Below, one piece after another: positions 20,895 through 24,000 of a DNA stretch of 24,000 nt; the stretch's first letter is position 1; each line of letters opens with the position of its first letter. The position numbers and the translations under genes are program-made. The stretch covers positions 37,917-61,916 of the forward strand of contig JACRLT010000042.1 in assembly GCA_016235185.1 (NCBI GenBank), written 5' to 3'. This DNA is from Candidatus Omnitrophota bacterium (GTDB taxonomy: Bacteria; Omnitrophota; Gorgyraeia; Velamenicoccales; Velamenicoccaceae). The notes beneath the pieces were generated by a model that was not told the origin of the DNA, did not search any database, and saw only the letters and a program-made list of their open reading frames with translations.

Positions 20895-21524
20895 ATGAAG
20901 AAAATTATGAAGACGCTAATCTACATACTCAAGGCGCCGCTACGATGGTTTAGGAATATGTACAAGTGGACCATCCATTGGTCCAAGAAAAAAGAAGCTC
21001 CGTATGCGCTCTTCTCAATAGCCTTCGCCGAAAGCTCCTTCTTCCCTGTCCCGCCGGATGTGCTTTTGATCGCGATGGTATTGGCGCAAAGAAAAAAGTG
21101 GTTTGTCTACGCGGGTATTTGCACACTCGGCTCTGTATGCGGGGCTTTACTTGGGTATTTTATCGGGTGGGGGCTTTATGAGACTGTGGGTAAATTAATA
21201 GTATCTACCTATCACCTTGAGTCTGTGGTCGAGCTTATCGGCCAAAAATACCAGGCCAACGCGTTCCTTACGGTATTTACCGCAGCATTCACACCTATCC
21301 CCTACAAAGCGATCACTATCACCGCAGGGCTTTTTAAGATATCACTCGGTGTGCTTGTAGCGGCCTCGATCATCGGCCGCGCCGGAAGGTTTTTCCTTGT
21401 GGCTGTTTCTTTGAGGATATTCGGCAAGAAAATAGAAGATTCGATAGAAAAATACTTCGATATCTTCTCTCTTGTCCTGGTAGGATTATTGATACTTGGT
21501 ATTCTCGCCTTAAAATATCTATAG
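20895..21524 (+). CDS. VTT-domain (DedA/YqaA-family) inner-membrane protein
   Basis: YALFSIAFAESSFFPVPPDVLLIAMVL...GSVCGALLGYFIGWG. ATG 20895 is preferred over the tracked GTG at 20868; ATG 20907 is also possible. It is the only plus-strand gene. Confidence 0.85.
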   Translation: MKKIMKTLIYILKAPLRWFRNMYKWTIHWSKKKEAPYALFSIAFAESSFFPVPPDVLLIAMVLAQRKKWFVYAGICTLGSVCGALLGYFIGWGLYETVGKLIVSTYHLESVVELIGQKYQANAFLTVFTAAFTPIPYKAITITAGLFKISLGVLVAASIIGRAGRFFLVAVSLRIFGKKIEDSIEKYFDIFSLVLVGLLILGILALKYL

Positions 21525-21525
21525 G

Positions 21526-21675
21526 CTATTTCTTTTTAATCTCGTCTAATATCCTGTCGAGCTTAGTCTCGATACGCAGCAATATCTCCATCTTCTTCTG
21601 TTCCATCTTCGCCTGGCTATCCTGCAATTCCTTGGCTGCCTGGGCCATCTTCGCCATATCCGGTAAATTAAACAT
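21526..21675 (-). CDS. 49-aa predicted coiled-coil small protein (not in the ORF track)
   Basis: AAGGAG lies 7 nt upstream of ATG 21675. MFNLPDMAKMAQAAKELQDSQAKMEQKKMEILLRIETKLDRILDEIKKK*. It is preceded by family-1 copy 3. Confidence 0.45.
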   Translation of the reverse strand: MFNLPDMAKMAQAAKELQDSQAKMEQKKMEILLRIETKLDRILDEIKKK

Positions 21676-21805
21676 CAATTTACTCTCCTTAATTTTGCAT
21701 TTTCTGGGTATTTTTCTTCACAAAATTAACTCCGAAGCCAGCGATGGAATTTCGTGCCGGAGAACCCTGGCACGAAATTACGAGCGCTTTGGCAAGGAGT
21801 CTACC
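21676..21805 (-). repeat. Modular intercistronic element, family 1, copy 3 (third type of central hairpin)
   Basis: Minus-strand reading: GGTAGACTCCTTGCCAAAGCG.., then AATTTCGTGCC-loop-GGCACGAAATT (21748-21779), then ..CGCTGGCTTCGGAGTTAATTTTG..CAAAATTAAGGAGAGTAAATTG, then ATG. Stem 21689-21697/21721-21729. Confidence 0.8.
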
Positions 21806-22098
21806 TAGAATTTTTTCCCGTGCCTGTATGGACGGCTCTTGTTTTTTTCGGCTTTCTTCTTCAGCGCTGCCTCAAGGTCTATTCCGCGGGCGCCGCAATA
21901 ATCAAAGATCCTGATACAGCAATCCGCGAGCTCCTCGGCAACATCATCTTTGCCTAAGTCATTGCGCATAGCCTCTAACGCCTCCGATAACTCCGAATGC
22001 ATGAGTGCGATGAGCTCGCCATCGGAGCGTTCAAAATCCCACCACCCTTTTTCCTTGGCGGTCTTGTAACATAATTCGATCCAACTATTAATAGTCAT
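21805..22098 (-). CDS. MazG-like nucleotide pyrophosphohydrolase family protein (small all-alpha NTP-PPase)
   Basis: 97 aa. LMHSELSEALEA...AEELADCCIRIFD is an E/D-rich metal-binding helix pair. The C-terminal NKSRPYRHGKKF is typical of the MazG-like family. Confidence 0.75.
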   Translation of the reverse strand: MTINSWIELCYKTAKEKGWWDFERSDGELIALMHSELSEALEAMRNDLGKDDVAEELADCCIRIFDYCGARGIDLEAALKKKAEKNKSRPYRHGKKF

Positions 22099-22233
22099 TG
22101 TTTTGCTCCTTGATTTTGCCTATATTTAGGTATTTTTACTTTACAAAATCAACTCCGAAGCTTACCCCCACTGTTTCGTTTTGCTTTCGCAAAGCGAAAC
22201 AAAACGGTGGGGGTGTTTAAGCAAGGAGCTAAC
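22099..22233 (-). repeat. Modular intercistronic element, family 1, copy 4
   Basis: Minus-strand reading: GTTAGCTCCTTGCTTAAACA, then the 49-nt hairpin, then TAAGCTTCGGAGTTGATTTTG..CAAAATCAAGGAGCAAAACA, then ATG. The 5' end overlaps the trpF stop (22229-22231). Stem 22110-22118/22144-22152 covaries with the other copies. Confidence 0.8.
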
Positions 22234-22894
22234 TTTTTACATTTTTGATGAATTTTTTGATCAATTGATGGTCTTTCTTGCCGGGCGCCTTCTCCACACC
22301 GCTTGATACATCAACGGCAAAAGGCCCTATCCTTCTGACCAGCTCGCTCGCGTTATCCGGCGTCAAACCGCCTGAAACAAAAAAAGGAGTTTTTGTCTTC
22401 TTTAAAGGCTTTAAAATATCCCAGTCAAACGCTTGGCCAGTGCCGCCAAAGGCGCCTTTCTGATAAGTGTCAAAAAGAAAATAATCGGCATTATACGACT
22501 TTAAAGTTTCCGCGCTGACTTTGTCTTTTATTCTCAACGCCTTGATAACAGAATAGCCCTTAAAAGCAGCTAAATAACCCGGGGGTTCATCACCGTGGAA
22601 CTGCAGAAGGTCAAGGCCGCAGATATCGGCGATCTTTTTAACCCTTTCCTCTTTCTCATTAACAAAAACGCCGGCTTTTAAAATACCCTTTGGCAGTCTT
22701 TTAATGATAGCGCGCGCTTTCAAAGGCGTAATGTAGCGCAAGCTCCTCTTATAAAAAATAAAACCTATGAAGAAGGCGCCGTTAGAAACAGAAAAAGCGG
22801 CATCCGGGTAATTCGTGATGCCGCATATTTTGATCCTGCACCCAGTCCCAGAATGCGGGACGGGCAGGACTCCGCTTTGCTTTGCCTTAGTCAT
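22229..22894 (-). CDS. trpF: Phosphoribosylanthranilate isomerase
   Basis: RIKICGIT...FIGFIF...SLRYI...LLQFHGDE...FLFD...GGTGQAFDW...PFFVSGGL.P.N. ATGA overlap with trpC. Confidence 0.9.
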   Translation of the reverse strand: MTKAKQSGVLPVPHSGTGCRIKICGITNYPDAAFSVSNGAFFIGFIFYKRSLRYITPLKARAIIKRLPKGILKAGVFVNEKEERVKKIADICGLDLLQFHGDEPPGYLAAFKGYSVIKALRIKDKVSAETLKSYNADYFLFDTYQKGAFGGTGQAFDWDILKPLKKTKTPFFVSGGLTPDNASELVRRIGPFAVDVSSGVEKAPGKKDHQLIKKFIKNVKS

Positions 22895-23676
22895 GACTTC
22901 AGGCGTTTTACAAATTCCCGTGTCAAAGCTTGGATATCTTTGGCGCGCATAAGCGCTTCACCCACCAACACACCTTTGACTCCGGACTTCTTTACCGCAT
23001 CGAGGTCAGAAACGGATTTAATCCCGCTTTCACAGACCACGATCTTATCCTCGGGTATTTTTTCCATAAGCCTTGGCAAAATATCGAGATCAATGGTGAA
23101 ATCTTTTAAGTTTCGCGTGTTGATGCCTATAATGGACGCTCCGCAATCAAGCGCCATTTTAAGCTCATCTTCGCTGTGCGCTTCCACAAGCGCATCGAGT
23201 TGCACCTCTTTAGCGGCTTTCAACAGGTCTTTTAAACCCTTTTCTTTTAAAATAGAAACTATCAGAAGGACCGCATCCGCATGGTGTACCTTTGATTCAT
23301 AGATATGGTATTCGTCTATCAGAAAATCCTTTCGAAGTATCGGCAGCTGCACTGCTAAAGCAACTGCGTTCAAATGAGACAGGCTGCCTTTGAAGAACTT
23401 ATCTTCTGTCAGGATAGATAAACAGCCGGCTCCCCCTGCCTCATAGGCAAGGGCTATATCCCTGGCATCAAAATTCTCCCTGATGATACCAGCGGATGGC
23501 GATGCCTTTTTGATCTCTGCAATGAGGTGGACACCATCCTCTTCTATTTTTCTGCGGAATTTTGCAGAGGGCAAAGACTTATCCAGCGCTTTGACAAATT
23601 CCAAAAAAGGAGTTACGGACTTCTGTTTCTTTAATTGTTCTTTTTTATACGCTACGATCTCGTCTAAAATATTCAT
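22891..23676 (-). CDS. trpC: Indole-3-glycerol-phosphate synthase
   Basis: LIAEIKKASPS.G.I...A.AYE.GGA..LS.LT....F.GS...L......LP.LRKDF..D.YHIYE......DA.LLI...L...........LD.LVE.H...E......GA..IGINTRNL..F..D. Confidence 0.93.
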   Translation of the reverse strand: MNILDEIVAYKKEQLKKQKSVTPFLEFVKALDKSLPSAKFRRKIEEDGVHLIAEIKKASPSAGIIRENFDARDIALAYEAGGAGCLSILTEDKFFKGSLSHLNAVALAVQLPILRKDFLIDEYHIYESKVHHADAVLLIVSILKEKGLKDLLKAAKEVQLDALVEAHSEDELKMALDCGASIIGINTRNLKDFTIDLDILPRLMEKIPEDKIVVCESGIKSVSDLDAVKKSGVKGVLVGEALMRAKDIQALTREFVKRLKS

Positions 23677-24000
23677 AAATTGGTATACTCGATAAGCTTA
23701 TTCAACTTCTTGATAGCGGCGCCGGAATCGATCGCCTCGGCGGCTAAATTCATTCCGTCTTTTATGGTATTTGCGCGGCCAGAAAGATAAATACAACAGC
23801 CGGCATTTAAAACCACTATATCTCGGCTGGGCCCTTCCATGCCTTTTAAAACATTGGAGGCGATCTGTCTATTCGTCTCTACGTCGCCACCTTTTATATC
23901 TTTGAGCTCAACACGCGCCAATCCCATCTTTTCAGGTTCAAGAACATACTCTTTTATATGGCCTTCATTTAGTTCAATGGCAGACCCCATTTCACAGACA
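23673..24000 (-). CDS. trpD: Anthranilate phosphoribosyltransferase, C-terminal part (N-terminus beyond the window edge)
   Basis: ...GGDVETNRQIASNVLKG.EGP.RDIVVLNAGCCIYLSGRA.TIKDG...A.EAIDSGAA..KL. ATGA overlap with trpC. The frame continues past 24000. Confidence 0.88.
   Translation of the reverse strand, partial: VCEMGSAIELNEGHIKEYVLEPEKMGLARVELKDIKGGDVETNRQIASNVLKGMEGPSRDIVVLNAGCCIYLSGRANTIKDGMNLAAEAIDSGAAIKKLNKLIEYTNL

Noticed and set aside
17508-22098. The thermonuclease, the MazG-like protein and (at 9233-9541) the Smr protein as parts of an anti-phage defence or toxin-antitoxin system.
   Set aside because: They are dispersed, and each is embedded in unrelated housekeeping strings. 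None has the partner genes expected of known defence or TA systems (no sensors, antitoxins, methylases or helicases). The nuclease has a signal/TM segment, consistent with a secreted enzyme.
961-22233. Possibility that the recurring hairpin-containing repeats form a CRISPR array.
   Set aside because: The copies are kilobases apart and each sits in a different intergenic gap. There are no regularly spaced short repeats, no spacers, no leader and no cas genes.
22891-24000. A trp leader peptide, attenuator or T-box.
   Set aside because: The start of the trp operon lies beyond the window end. Only trpD (partial), trpC and trpF are visible, so nothing can be said about its regulation.

Overview
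Gene-dense bacterial chromosomal segment. The lineage cannot be assigned from sequence alone. About 30 CDSs are present and all but one are on the minus strand, many joined by ATGA/TGATG overlaps. Recognisable content, from high to low coordinates on the minus strand:
- trpD-trpC-trpF, a MazG-like pyrophosphohydrolase and an untracked 49-aa ORF.
- On the plus strand, a DedA/YqaA-type membrane protein.
- An NSS/SNF transporter with a coupled 35-aa membrane ORF.
- Lipoprotein, thermonuclease and AEC permease, then smpB, a 1017-aa tandem-duplicated FtsH-like protease, a lipoprotein and tmRNA (ssrA).
- An HMGL-like aldolase with eda, then Smr, a secreted protein, PilZ and hemW.
- A lipoprotein, histidine kinase, response regulator, ogg, nth and PNPOx-like string.
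- A PAS protein, a thioredoxin-like protein and a beta-CASP MBL hydrolase.

The most unusual observations are:
1. A trans-translation cluster in which smpB and ssrA bracket a head-to-tail duplicated FtsH. Its first HEXXH is degenerate (YEAGH) and its second is intact.
2. A 473-nt tmRNA whose tag frame appears to run 52 codons and ends ...PALALAH.
3. A modular 111-135 nt intercistronic element present four times. Each copy fills the gap between two collinear minus-strand genes and ends at the downstream RBS or start codon. The stems covary and the central hairpin is swappable.
4. At least three further short repeat or hairpin families in leaders.
5. Structured non-coding regions at about 11.27-11.42 kb and 1.72-1.86 kb.

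No CRISPR array, transposase, integrase, rRNA or tRNA was seen. All homology calls come from motif recognition by eye; no database search was run.
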